A stretch of 62,192 nucleotides of DNA, the filler included, from Choristocarpus tenellus KU-1152 (Eukaryota > Protista > Phaeophyceae), in NCBI GenBank assembly GCA_964200185.2. It is 9 parts of 9 records of this genome, joined end to end, with 100 filler letters (N's around TTAATTAATTAA, not from the genome) between each part and the next. Parts side by side here need not be neighbours in the genome. Positions count along the whole stretch, not along the records: positions 24,806 to 45,445 come from CAXNAD020000384.1; 8 more parts are not named here. One strand, written 5' to 3'. Every line of letters begins with the position of its first letter. Positions within the stretch are counted from its first letter, which is position 1. The position numbers and the translations under genes were made by a program. Below are positions 26,660 to 38,300 of this stretch, in pieces. The notes under the pieces were generated by a model, which searched no databases, had not been told where the DNA came from, and worked only from the letters and a program-made list of their open reading frames with translations.

Positions 26660-26860
26660 CAGAGAATGAAGGTCCAGAGAAAAACTGGTAGTGGTGCCTA
26701 CAAGACGACCTTACGGCGTTTGGCATCACAATTGATACTGTGGGTTTCACTCACAGAAGACTCGAACAGGTGGCACAGATGTGTGGAGCATGGAGTAAAA
26801 TATTTCATAGATAGATAGATGCCTGGCATATCGCTGTGAGGTCGAAGCAGCTGAAACCCA
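26660..26860 (+). mobile_element. 3' fragment of an RTE-clade LINE (decayed)
   Basis: Translates to GPEKNW*WCLQDDLTAFGI and, after a frameshift, WVSLTEDSNRWHRCVEHGVKYF. This resembles the C-terminus of RTE ORFs. Confidence 0.55.
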
Positions 26861-27734
26861 TCATGTGAAGAAAGTAGCCTTGGTCACCAACCAGGTGTGA
26901 TGATGATATCTGTCTGTTCCTCTGTTTTTCATATTGAGTGAAAGTGAACGAGATGTACCCAGGTTTGGAGGGGAATTAGACTAGATTATTTTCCTAACGT
27001 AGAATATACCCTTGTTCGTGTTGATAGTAGTCGGTTGTACGTAGCAGGTGCAAGGACTCGACCAAGGTGGTCTGAAGTGTATGTAGATATGTGTCCCTTC
27101 TTAACCAATTATGATTCTTTTTGTTGAAGGACCTATTGCCCCTTGAATTGTGGCTTTCTTTCTATTTTTTATAACTTCCTCTCTGTGAACTTTGAACGAT
27201 GGATCATCTGCCTTTTTGGGACATTTAGTAATTACTTCTTCCTCTCTCTTTTGTATTTCCTTTCTAATCATGTATTATAGTAGATGTATATATACTGTAT
27301 GTTGCTTTCCTACCTAGAGAATCTTGATCGAAAAGGTGCTACATGGTAGGCATTATCTTTTGTAAACAATCAACCAATCTGTTGTGGGGAAGGGTGCAAT
27401 CAGTTATGGACGGATGTTCACAATCACTCGTTGTATCAAAGGAGTTTTCTTCAACAAACTCAAAGTACTCACAACCATCAAATAATCTTGATGTGAAGGT
27501 TTAGGTGAACCTTGGGATAACGTCACATTATTGTGACCGTCAACAGCAAGTGGTCTAGGAATTCTCACGAGTTCCTCTCTTCGAAGTTGATGTGAACGTC
27601 ACCAACAACAAAGAAATGTTTGAACAATACACTTACATGTTCGAGTGGAAAAGGATTTGATTGAGATCACCTCCCAACATCAACAACACCTTTCTATCAC
27701 AAATAATCAACAAATCAATCAATAGAGGGTGTAT

Positions 27735-27983
27735 TTGAAACAGATGGAAACAAGCCGACAGGTTCTTCGTAATGAAGGGGAGCGGGAAGACCCACAGGAG
27801 GCAAGGAAAAGGAGAGAGACAAGCCAAGAGGGAGAGCAATCCCTTAGAAGATCACTCGGGAAAGAAATGAGTGAACAAGTGGTTAGTGAATGAGGGGGGT
27901 TTTGCAAGCTCCCCTCAAACTACTTAATTTTGCTTCAAGTAGATGTTACCCTCCACATGCAAGAACAAATGTTATATGGATAT
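27735..27983 (+). repeat. Dispersed repeat, copy A (copy B inverted at 55573-55820)
   Basis: aaacagatggaaacaagccgacagg...cttcaagtagatgttacc...catgcaagaacaaatgttatatggatat matches the reverse complement of 55573-55820. Confidence 0.85.
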
Positions 27984-28215
27984 CAGATTCTTCAAGATAT
28001 GTTACGTACAGGGTATACCTTCTTTGGAAGATGGCTTTCACATGTATCGATGTCATTAGCCAATACATATTATGGAAGACGTGAAAAACTCAGGTAACCT
28101 CTCTCAAAATCTTGTAAAATCTCACTTCGATATTATCCAACTTTCTAATTTCTATTGACCTCCCTTACAAACATCAAGGAAACCGTTTCCTCTTTCCTAT
28201 CTTTCAACGAGGGAA

Positions 28216-30317
28216 ATGACCCCTGCAACCCTCAGTGATGACGATCTACAACAGTTGTATGCTTGGGTGGACGAGATAAGCTTGTCACGCCCCAAGCGCA
28301 ACATTTCGAGAGACTTCAGCGATGGAGTGCTCGTCGCAGAAGTAGGGTTGCAGTTTGTCCTGAATGTACCAATTTCCTTTCCTTGTGTATATATTGGTGC
28401 ATCGTAGCGTTTTCATAACTTGATGATACTGCAACCTCTGTTTGTTGTGGTTAAAGTTGAGATTGAGCTGCCTCGTTGAATTGCACTTTCCCTCTTTCCG
28501 TTCACCATAATGCAAGAGATGCTAAGCGCCAATCTGGGTATGACAGGTTGTGGCTTACTACTTCCCAAAGATGGTCGAGCTGCATAACTATGCCGCCGCA
28601 AATTCGTTAGACCAAAAGATGTACAACTGGAACACGCTCAATGAGAAGGTGGGTACTTCGAGAAATCCGCTAGACAAGGAACCCTGCTGAGAAGATACGC
28701 TACCACAATGCACGAACTGGGATTTTTTCTATATGCACCCACACACCCAGTTGAATTAGCGGAGTCCATCAGTCGTCATTGCTCTCGTTCAAACAGTCAT
28801 GGGCTCCGTTGAAAAAAGAAATTTTCCAATCTTCTTCCCTCGTGATATCGATCAACCCAATTCCCTCCCCATGCACTCGTTCATACTCCTAAAGGTTTTG
28901 AAGAAGATGCAATACCAGATATCTAAGGCTGAGCTGGATTCAATAGTGCACTGCAAGTCAGGGGAGATAGAAAAGGTACGTATTTATAGGTGTTGACCCT
29001 GCCTCTTCCTCTCAACCTTTCTCATGGTTGAGAAATTTCTGCTCATGATGAATTCCTCTGGTAATAACCCCCCTTAATTCATCATTGATATTGTTGCAGA
29101 GATGGTAGCGACCTACTCTTTCTTGTCATAAAAGGTGCCCGAATCAAATACCAAATGCTCATCCACACACCACATATGCTAAGAAGTGGATCATCCTCAA
29201 ACTCACACTTACCATTCAATAATCTTATCTCCCCACCCAACCACCCAACCTCCACCCCGCGCTTCACCCCCTAGCCCCTGCAGCTCCCTCAAACTGTACT
29301 TCCCCACCTTGTTTCCTTTTTATACTCTTCGATTGATATACTCTGAAGGTATTGTATACTTTGCAGCTCAAAATGGCCAAGCACAGGGCACGTATGAAAG
29401 CTGGGATGACCTCACGAACATCCCCGAGTGTAGAACAACCCTCTATTGAAGGGAATGGAGGGAAGGGGTGGTACAGTGGTCGAGTTGGAGAGCAATCACA
29501 ACTAGCGGCAAAGGTATCGTTGGCATCACCACTTTCTGCAGGGCTGCGGATAGACAGTGCACTTTCACGACAGGAGAGTATGACGCGCGACAGCACGGAG
29601 GAGGGGCCCAAAGCAAGTCAAAGCTTCTTGGCAGAGGGCCTCATTTCGGACAAGGATAATGAGATTAGGGTGAGAAGATGTATGACTTGGTTTACAGTCT
29701 ATTAGTAGTGTATATCAATGACGTCGAATGCTGTGTAAATGAGATCCTTTCTTCACTATTGCACTTGCTTCTAGAATACCACTGTCGTTCTTGCTTCAGG
29801 TGTAGGATAATTAACCCTTACTCTTCCCCTCTTGTGGAAGGGGTATCCTGAAAAGTATCGTTCTATCCACACAACAATATTCTCTTCTCTGTTGATATAC
29901 CTTTCAGCAAGAAAAGTTGTATTAGTACCAAGACTACTTTGAAAATTATGGCATGCTCTCTGTGTGTGTGTGTGTGTGTGTGTCTATCTATCCCTCTACA
30001 CGAAACAGTCTTATGCAACCTTTTCGTTCCACCACCCTCTTGAGAAAAGGCAACCATACCAGTTACTGGTGCTTCACTTGCTTGATCCACTCACGTGTTA
30101 ACTTGCAAATGTTTGCACTTTGGTGGATTCCTGTTACACTGTTTATTTGACTGTGCAGGATCTACGTGAGACAAATGAGATCCTCCGTCTCAAAATTTCA
30201 AAGCTGGAGCAACTGGTGCGCCTGAAGGACTCCAAGATCAACAAGATGAGGCAGGCTGCACAAAGACTGGGACAGTCACATTTCCAGCAGCATCACCAAC
30301 AACAACAGCCTCCATGA
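28216..30317 (+). CDS. SPEF1: Sperm flagellar protein 1 (SPEF1/CLAMP; CH domain + C-terminal coiled coil); exons 28216-28341, 28547-28648, 28895-28975, 29349-29669, 30159-30317
   Basis: LYAWVDEISLSRPKRNISRDFSDGVLVAE, VELHNYAAANSLDQKMYNWNTLNEKVLKK, and C-terminal LRETNEILRLKISKLEQLVRLKDSKI. All introns are phase-0 GT-AG. Confidence 0.93.
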
Positions 30318-31912
30318 TAAAAGCCCCCTAACCCTAACAGACGGTTCGTCAAAAGAACTCGTGAGGAGCTAATTAAAACATGTGTTAGCATCCAATATGG
30401 TGCTCTACAACACAATAAAAAAAGTCTAAATGTCTTGTAAAATCAAGGTGATGTCAGTGGTCATGATCAATCACTGTACCCCATGTGTTTGAATCAATTA
30501 TGGCAGGTTGCTTAGGTGCTAAAAGCACTTTCTGTCAAGAAGCTTCTTGGAATGGAATCCCATTCCTGCTTGTTCAAAGATTTAAAGGTTGGCTACCTAA
30601 CGAAGACCTATGGACCAAAACCATATTTTTTCTTCAACAAAAAAATATACTAGGTGTATGGTCCTTTTAAATGTGTACCCACGTGAAGTTGTATGTCTGG
30701 ATTGTGAACTTCAAAACATGTACAGCGCAGTTGTGCTTTGTCGTTTTTATTCATCAGCATCTTTTTCAAATATACTTTATCTGTACAGTCTGTTGTGATT
30801 TCTGTCAATTTTTTATTCAAAACGCATGCGATGAAACAATTTTGGTGAATATGTGAAACAAGTCAGACCAACTGGATTGTTTTGAAAGATCTTACCTTAC
30901 CTTACATCACTGAGTGCTAGAAATCTGTATGTATATACCATACATTACACAAAATGCAATACTTATCTTACATTGAAAAAAATGGCATTTCAGCCTACAT
31001 GCAGCACTTTGAACAAAGAAGATATGGAAACTGAAGTATCTATTGAACACAGGGCTCTAATATAAACTCTAGAACCAAGAACAAAAGATTATCATCTGCT
31101 GCACCACAACTATTTTACGCAGGAAGTGAACCACAAACAACAAGCCCCTCTTGCTCTGGGACCTCTAATACTGTCCACCTTGTCTAATCCACAAAAAAAA
31201 AAATCGATACTGAAAAATTCGTAACACTGGACACCACCTGTTTTATGACATTCAATCTCACACCGCTATATTTTGAGGGCAAGGCCACAATGTATCACAG
31301 GGCATACTTACAAAGTATACCTTGCAAGTTGGTTTATTCCACGTACACAGGCCCAATGCACCATTACGTCAATCATGCACTGTTGAATTTTGAGGACAAA
31401 ACCACAAGTCATCAGAGCCCATGCTTCCTGGAATAAAGCCTGTGACTTTGTTCCTCTTGGGCGGAGAGGATAGCATTTCCTACTAGATCTTACGAGCGGA
31501 AGAATGGGTTGCATCCTCGACCTACAAATCGGGTGCATAATACATGTGGCATTGCTACCGTACACCTGTGGAAAGAAATGAAGCCTCCGGACCCCAAAAT
31601 CCCGAATTGAACATGTTAGGGGCAATATCCAGCGAGGCAAGAGGGGCAGGTGTAAAATTGTGTACTATTCCACGTATATGTATTAGTTAGTATCTTAACC
31701 AAGCACAGAGCGTTGTTGCTAGTAACACTATCCAGCCACAAAGACTCATCAGCGTCATCCATCCCACAATGCTGATTCAATATCACCAAGTGACCTTTTT
31801 TATCCTGGCATCCAGAAGTGACCTCTTCACTACAGCGGCAGAGGTAAGGAACGTCAATCATGAAACCTGCACAAGCACGAAGATACTCCTCTCGTGTGCT
31901 CCACCGTTCCGC

Positions 31913-32583
31913 CTACATCCCTCCACCTTGTTGAGACTTCATCAGTCGCCCAAGAACGAACTCGCTTGTGTCTAGATACTTGAGGACGGTTGCGTTGACA
32001 CAGCTCTGCTCTTTGCTGCTCAATGAGGTTGATGGCTTCTCTATACATTTTGTGAAGGCAGTCTCAGTCAGCTTGGACACAATTTGCTGCACCAATGCCT
32101 TCTGTTGCTCTGATGCCAATGCCTCCTGCAATAGGGGTAGTGGGACTATATGTATGAGGGTAAGGGGGCGAGTACCCAAGAATCTGGAGTATTCTATATT
32201 CGTGGTTTCATCTAGGGGCACACTCAAGCTTGAGGCTGAAGCGACGCATCATTATCGTACACAATTCATGTCTTACAACAAAAACACCTGATCACAGCCA
32301 AAAATTGTACTGTTCACCGCAACGCGTTCCAGAAGTCACACTCTCTGCAGTTCGTTCCAATCATTCAGATGTAAGAAAAAGAAGGAATGCATCAATACTA
32401 GACTAACTTCAGAAAACCCAAAGGGTACACCTGGAGTGCTGCTCCAGACCCTCCCCCCCTTGGACCTGGTGCTACCCCTCCGTCTATGGCGCCAAAGTCA
32501 GAGGAAGGCGCGGTGTCAGACATGAATGCCTCCGAGGAGGATCCGCTAGAATCCTCCTTTCCCTTGCGACCAAACCAACTCAT
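31913..32583 (-). CDS. TIM13: Mitochondrial small Tim chaperone (Tim13/Tim8-like), 121 aa; exons 32583-32431, 32125-31913
   Basis: QQIVSKLTETAFTKCIEKPSTSLSSKEQSCVNATVLKYLDT aligns with the Tim13 core (C-x3-CIxKPxxSLxxxEQxC-x3-C). One phase-0 GT-AG intron. Confidence 0.85.
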
Positions 32584-33104
32584 TCTTATAGAACTTAAGT
32601 GCTGACAAAAGGAATCACCACTACTAGCCACTACCTTTTTAGATTGTTCGATGCTAACACAGGACTCACACTTCCTCCGGAGGTACACGTTTATCCCCCG
32701 ATCGTTGAAATTTCAATCACAACATTATAACATCATCCTCTATACATTATACTAGTAATTATATTATTATACCCTCTTTGTATAATGGTTAAATTAAACA
32801 ACAGTAGTTTGCTGGAGTTTTCCACAACTCAACACCCGAAGACGCTTTGAAGGTAAACGAGGGCTCGCCTACTGCAAACCGAGCATCCATTGAACAAATC
32901 ACTCCAGGTGAAACATTTTTAGGCTTGCGTTGGCGTATGTGGCAATGAAGCTTCAAGCTTGTGGAGGTTTTGCTGAGGAAAAGCAGATACGCTTGTCGCC
33001 TGTCCTCCCTCATTCAACAATGAAAGATGCAAATCCGTTGCCAAGAACTCCCCAGCTCAACGCCTTCCCTCCTTCGTGTTAGCAGGCTATCAGTATTTTG
33101 GATC

Positions 33105-33959
33105 ATGGTCGAGAGTATGGACGAAGAAGAGCTCGGGGGACTATCTGCAGGCATCAACATAGGCGGAGGAGGAAGTGCCTTCGTTCCAGTGGAGCGGGGT
33201 ACGTTTGTGCAAGATGTTTCATCACGGGTACCAGCACCAAATCCACACCATATTTGGGTTCGTAAGCGTCGGCTGGGCGAGCAGGCGACTATGTGGAAGG
33301 GGGTGTGCCAGACGGGGGGTGGACGAGAGTCCCCAGATTCAGATCAATCTGCTTCCAGCGGGTCAGATGTTGCGATCAACCAGGGCATTAAGCGAATGCG
33401 ACTAAACCACAGTGCCTCTTCAGGGCTACTCGAGACTTCTTTATCGTCACCCACCTCACCTGCGGCAGCAATACAAACCTTGGCAGGCAATCATGGTCTA
33501 GGTCTGTCGCGTTTCCCAGCGGAGAGTATGCCAGGCACATGCGAGGCAGGTATTGTGCGTGGGTCATCACAGCATCGTCTCAGCCCTTCCCTCCTATCTG
33601 AACCACCTTCAGCAACGGTTCAACTCGGCCATGACCCCAGCGGGCGTCAGGCCCCTCCTCCCATAGGTCATTCGGGGTTGGGAGCGGAAGAACCCAGGCA
33701 ATCGCTGGTACGCGCAGAGGGAGGTGGGACACTCAGTCAGCAACCAGCGTCCTTCCACTGCCCAAGCTTTCCGGCCGAGAGAGTGCCACCGCCCGGGCAG
33801 GCTCGATATGTTCGGGGCATACGTGTACAGGCGAACGCACCTGCTGATGTAGACTATTCCAGCACCAATGTCACTCTGAGACGATTACACATGGAGAGAA
33901 GGCTAGGAGGTGGGGGGGGAGGGCGAGGTAGCTGGGAAGATGGGGGTCGACGTTGTTAG
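33105..33959 (+). CDS. Intronless, mostly disordered protein (284 aa from ATG 33105; 310 aa from 33027) with NLS-like motifs and C-terminal YSSTNVTLRRLHMERR helix
   Basis: Longest ORF in the window, with GC content above its flanks. Basic motifs RKRR and KRMRL. Lies divergent to the Tim gene. Confidence 0.75.
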   Translation: MVESMDEEELGGLSAGINIGGGGSAFVPVERGTFVQDVSSRVPAPNPHHIWVRKRRLGEQATMWKGVCQTGGGRESPDSDQSASSGSDVAINQGIKRMRLNHSASSGLLETSLSSPTSPAAAIQTLAGNHGLGLSRFPAESMPGTCEAGIVRGSSQHRLSPSLLSEPPSATVQLGHDPSGRQAPPPIGHSGLGAEEPRQSLVRAEGGGTLSQQPASFHCPSFPAERVPPPGQARYVRGIRVQANAPADVDYSSTNVTLRRLHMERRLGGGGGGRGSWEDGGRRC

Positions 33960-35343
33960 TAGGATGGTGACTGTTTACTTTAGGGATATGTACGCCTTAT
34001 TCGTAGCAAGCTCCTACGCATCAATCTGTTTCTAGCTGATTCACTCAACATCATCGTTGGTTTTTGCACACACAACCCAACTTCGAAGTATTTACATCAT
34101 TATTGCGCTTGGACTACATGTCAATTTTCTGTGTCTCTATCTATCGTTCACTGCAGCAACCAATCTGTTTGTATTGTGACTCAGCATCTATTCCAAATTG
34201 TTTTCCCACGAGCTTAGGGCTCCTTACCCATGCATGTAATGCCTCTTTAGACATACTTGCTATAGAATCCTCACCTGTCTGAGCAGGTGCTCTTAACCAC
34301 TCGTGCTTTAGACTGCTTCTAATGTACTCCAATAATACAATAGGTAGGAAATATTTGATGGATCCACAGTTTGCTATTATCTTGCTGCCATTGACTATCT
34401 TCACATTTTGAACAGGTTCAACAGTTTCACAATTGTAAGCACAGCAGTTGGAGGAGGGTCTACCTCCCTCCCTATCACAATATTAGTAAAACCACCATTG
34501 CCTCGACTTTAGACCCCACACCTCTTGCCCGCCCTGTGTAAGACATTGTGCCTTGTGATGGCTACACTTGATGTTTTCGTGTATCATTTCCCAATGGTCC
34601 ATGCCTCTCTGATACAAATTCATGTATAAAGCACATGTAGTATAGAAAAAATATATGTAAACATCTCACTGGCAGACAAAGAGAACAAATAATCGACAGC
34701 ATAACAGTCACAAGGAATTCCTCAAGTCTTGGCGGAGGAGAAGATACCCTGCTACATAGAGACTGCTAACAATATTCCTGACACAATTGGGATACTTACA
34801 ACTTACGAATGAGGATCCCAAATCGTAGTGTGAGCATACTGGGAAAATAAATCCGGCAGTATGAGCACTAACTTCCCCATGTAACCATGTACAGCCAACT
34901 TCACCAGGCACCCTATTTGTCTCCAGTGTAAGATATATTACCTATTGACTGCAACTACCACTCTCCTCCAATAATATTAATAGCGTAGAGCTCCTGCATC
35001 ATTCCATTGACCCTCATTTAGAGGAGGATGGGGTGCTAATGTCAAGATGTGAGGTTTGTGGTCTTCTCCCCCCTCCTGGAAGTGCCAGGTTATAGCGGGG
35101 CTGTAAGTGATCCTAGGGGGTCATTGCTTAGTTCCTGATGGTATTCCTGTTTTGCTGCAAGCTTCAGTCTTAAGCATATGCCACAGGGGTTACGGACAAT
35201 GCAGGAAGGGAGGGAGGGAGGGATGTCATCAGCAACAGGCACTTCACCAATGTTTGTCTTACTACAGTCAAGCCTTGTTTACCTCAACATTCTCTTCAAT
35301 TTGATCAAAAAGAACATTTGCAACAGTCACTCTTGAGTAACAC

Positions 35344-38300
35344 TCACTCTTCTTGTCTGTATTCTCCAGTCAATCTGGTTGCAAAGTTTGTAGCAATTGT
35401 GTGTTGGTAATATTATGTTCAATTTGAAATTTCGACCAACATAAAATAAAAAAACAATGAAAAGAAATATTTTTGGTGTAAAAAGGGACACCTCCTAAAT
35501 ACAGCAGAAAGTTCAGTTCAATGGAGGGGAGAGACATAGGGTCAACTTGGGAGGGGGCATTTGGGGCTATGTTCAAGGCAAATATCTAGAGTTCAGGCCA
35601 CCATGCAGTCCACTGAGATTCCCTTGAAGTAACAAGGGGTCCCTGCCCAATACACACTAGTGGTGCACTGTGTACTGAAAATTAGCAGCTACAGTAAAAG
35701 ACTGCCACTAAGAGTCTAGACAGTTATTTGCAGTCAAGTGAAAGGTGAGATCAAAAAAGATGCTGAGACTCTGGGCAAAGGCAAATTATGCATACAGATC
35801 AAGCCTACTTCAAGGCCCCGGACTTCATTCTTGATGGAAGTTTATGGAAGTTGTCTCTCACGCTGGGGACCAGTTTTTTTTTTCTTTCCAAGGATTTCAA
35901 CGTCACTCTTTTCTTTTTATGAGTCTCTCCTTCTAAATTTACAACTATGTACAGCAAATGTCAATGTAAAAGAGATAGCACTACAGTAGGTACAGTCCAA
36001 GCGGATATTTTCTACATCAAGGGTTAGGGATCAACAGGCACCAAATCAACTGCTTGATAATCAACAGGACCAACGTTAGATGGCACCATGCAGCGCCTGG
36101 CAAGATGGATAGGATGCAAAAAAGTAAAATAAAAAGCCTTGAGGGAAACCACTCCACTTCCAACACCAGAAAAAAAGTGTCTAAATGATGATGTCATGCA
36201 AAGGTACACCTTCAAGTTCCCCTCAAATGTGTCCCATCCCATGCAAACACGTGATCTCATCAATGATCCTCAACATTGAAGTCAATTGAGTCTACACAGT
36301 ATCGTATCCCTTTCTCAAACCTCACTCCTGGTATCACTGCATGTAATTGATATACACCTCACTCTTCGACACTCACAACCCTTTCATCACTCACTTTGCT
36401 ATTGTAGGTACCAGTACACTGGCCATGGATTCATCCAGGTCAAGAGCAACCTGATAGTACCCAGAAGCCTCTTTATACTTGCAGAGCTCCCCCAGGGCGT
36501 CCCCTGCCCTCAGCCAGCATTTTGGGTAGTTTGGTAGTAGCTGCGTTGCTCGGAGGGCATCCTCACATGCACTGCATGCATCCATCCATGTGTGTATCAT
36601 CAACGTGTATAGTATCAATGCATGCATCAATATGTCTATCACCAATGCAAACATTATCAATGTGTCCATCAACAAATATGATAGGCGTCCAGCAAGTGGG
36701 CATGTCATGCAGACACACAGTATGCTGAAGGGTTATGCCTGCTACAATGTCATCATGCAAATATTGAGACCCCTGAAAAAATCTTAATTTTCTATCCATG
36801 ACGGTCTCCATCGCCCGCCCATGAAAACGTTACACTTCCAGAACCTGCAGCAACAATCTTGCAACTCAAAAAATAAAGTAATATAGGAATATTCTTTTTG
36901 GTACTATCCAGTAATATCTGGTATTATCCAGTATTATCTGGTATTATCCAAAAAGAGAACATGCTGGGGGTGGAGCATCTACAACACGCCTATGTTGAAT
37001 ATGCCCATGTATATGACATGTACACTTGCCACCATCAGACTATCATCAGCTGTACTACTAACGGATGATTTCCTGTGAAAGGATGATTTTCCAAGGGGAT
37101 AACAATGTCATTCCAAGGGTACCACTGGTTGTACCTCTATCCTTGAGTCACCTCACCAAACAGTCCTATTCCTGAAAATGCCAAGGACTAACTGAAACAG
37201 AAAACACAATGCACTCTAAACTATCACTGATGGATGACACATTCAGACAACACAACACATGCAATCACAGTTCAGTTCCCAATTCACATTCACAACACAT
37301 GTAGCGGGTCCAGTCCAATAGAGGTTCTCTCACCTCGAGTCCAAACTAATACCTCAAGACAGAACTGTGGTTCAACTAATATCTCAAGACAGAACTGCGG
37401 TTCAAAGTACAATAAAAAAAGACAAACTTATTACAAACAGCTTCGGAATCCACAAGGAGAAAGCTGTACGGTCCAGATGGTGGGGGGGGGAGGGGCTTAC
37501 CGTAGGAGAGCAAACTCGTATAACCCGTAACGGAATTTAGTCTTTTGATAGAGGCTCCCTCGACTTTGGCAGTACTGTGCATACATGTCCAGAAGGACAT
37601 ATCGAGCAGCAGGACCACTCGCCTTCCAACACTGTCTCAAAAACCCCACCAAAAGGCATACAGGTGGTATATGGCATGCAATTACAACACACACACACAC
37701 ATACACGCACCCAATTAAAGTCCAAACCCAGAGTAAAGAATAGGTAGAGGTGAGTGAACTGAAGTCCTTCACATTCTAGGGGAAAGGAGAGTTGTGAGGT
37801 GCCTCAATTTGTTGAGAGCTGTATCAATCAAATGTACCAAACAGAGCATACTTTATCTATGGTTCAGTACCTACTAGATTGTACTCAATGCAGTGTCATT
37901 AGCACCTACAGAAGTGCTCTAGTATTGAATGTAACAAAGGAGAAACCTACAGGGTGGGTCATTGACCAAAACTGTTCACCTAATGGAAATGGAGGTCTCT
38001 CTGATAGCTGTAACTATTATTTAAATTTGAATAACCTAACCCTAACCCTAACCCTAACCTAACCTAAGGTTAACAAAAAAAACCCCATCAACATGTCTCA
38101 ACTAATGCAAAGACAGAGGCATCAACAGCTACAGCAGCACTAGACAGACTACACTGAACACACATTATAACAAAATGCAAAACACAGGTCACCCCTGTGC
38201 CATAAAAAAAAACATTGTCCTTGTGCCATACTCTCTATGATACCACTGCACTCTCCAATCAAACCGTGGGTCAGGTCAGGCATGTCTAGGGATAATTGAT

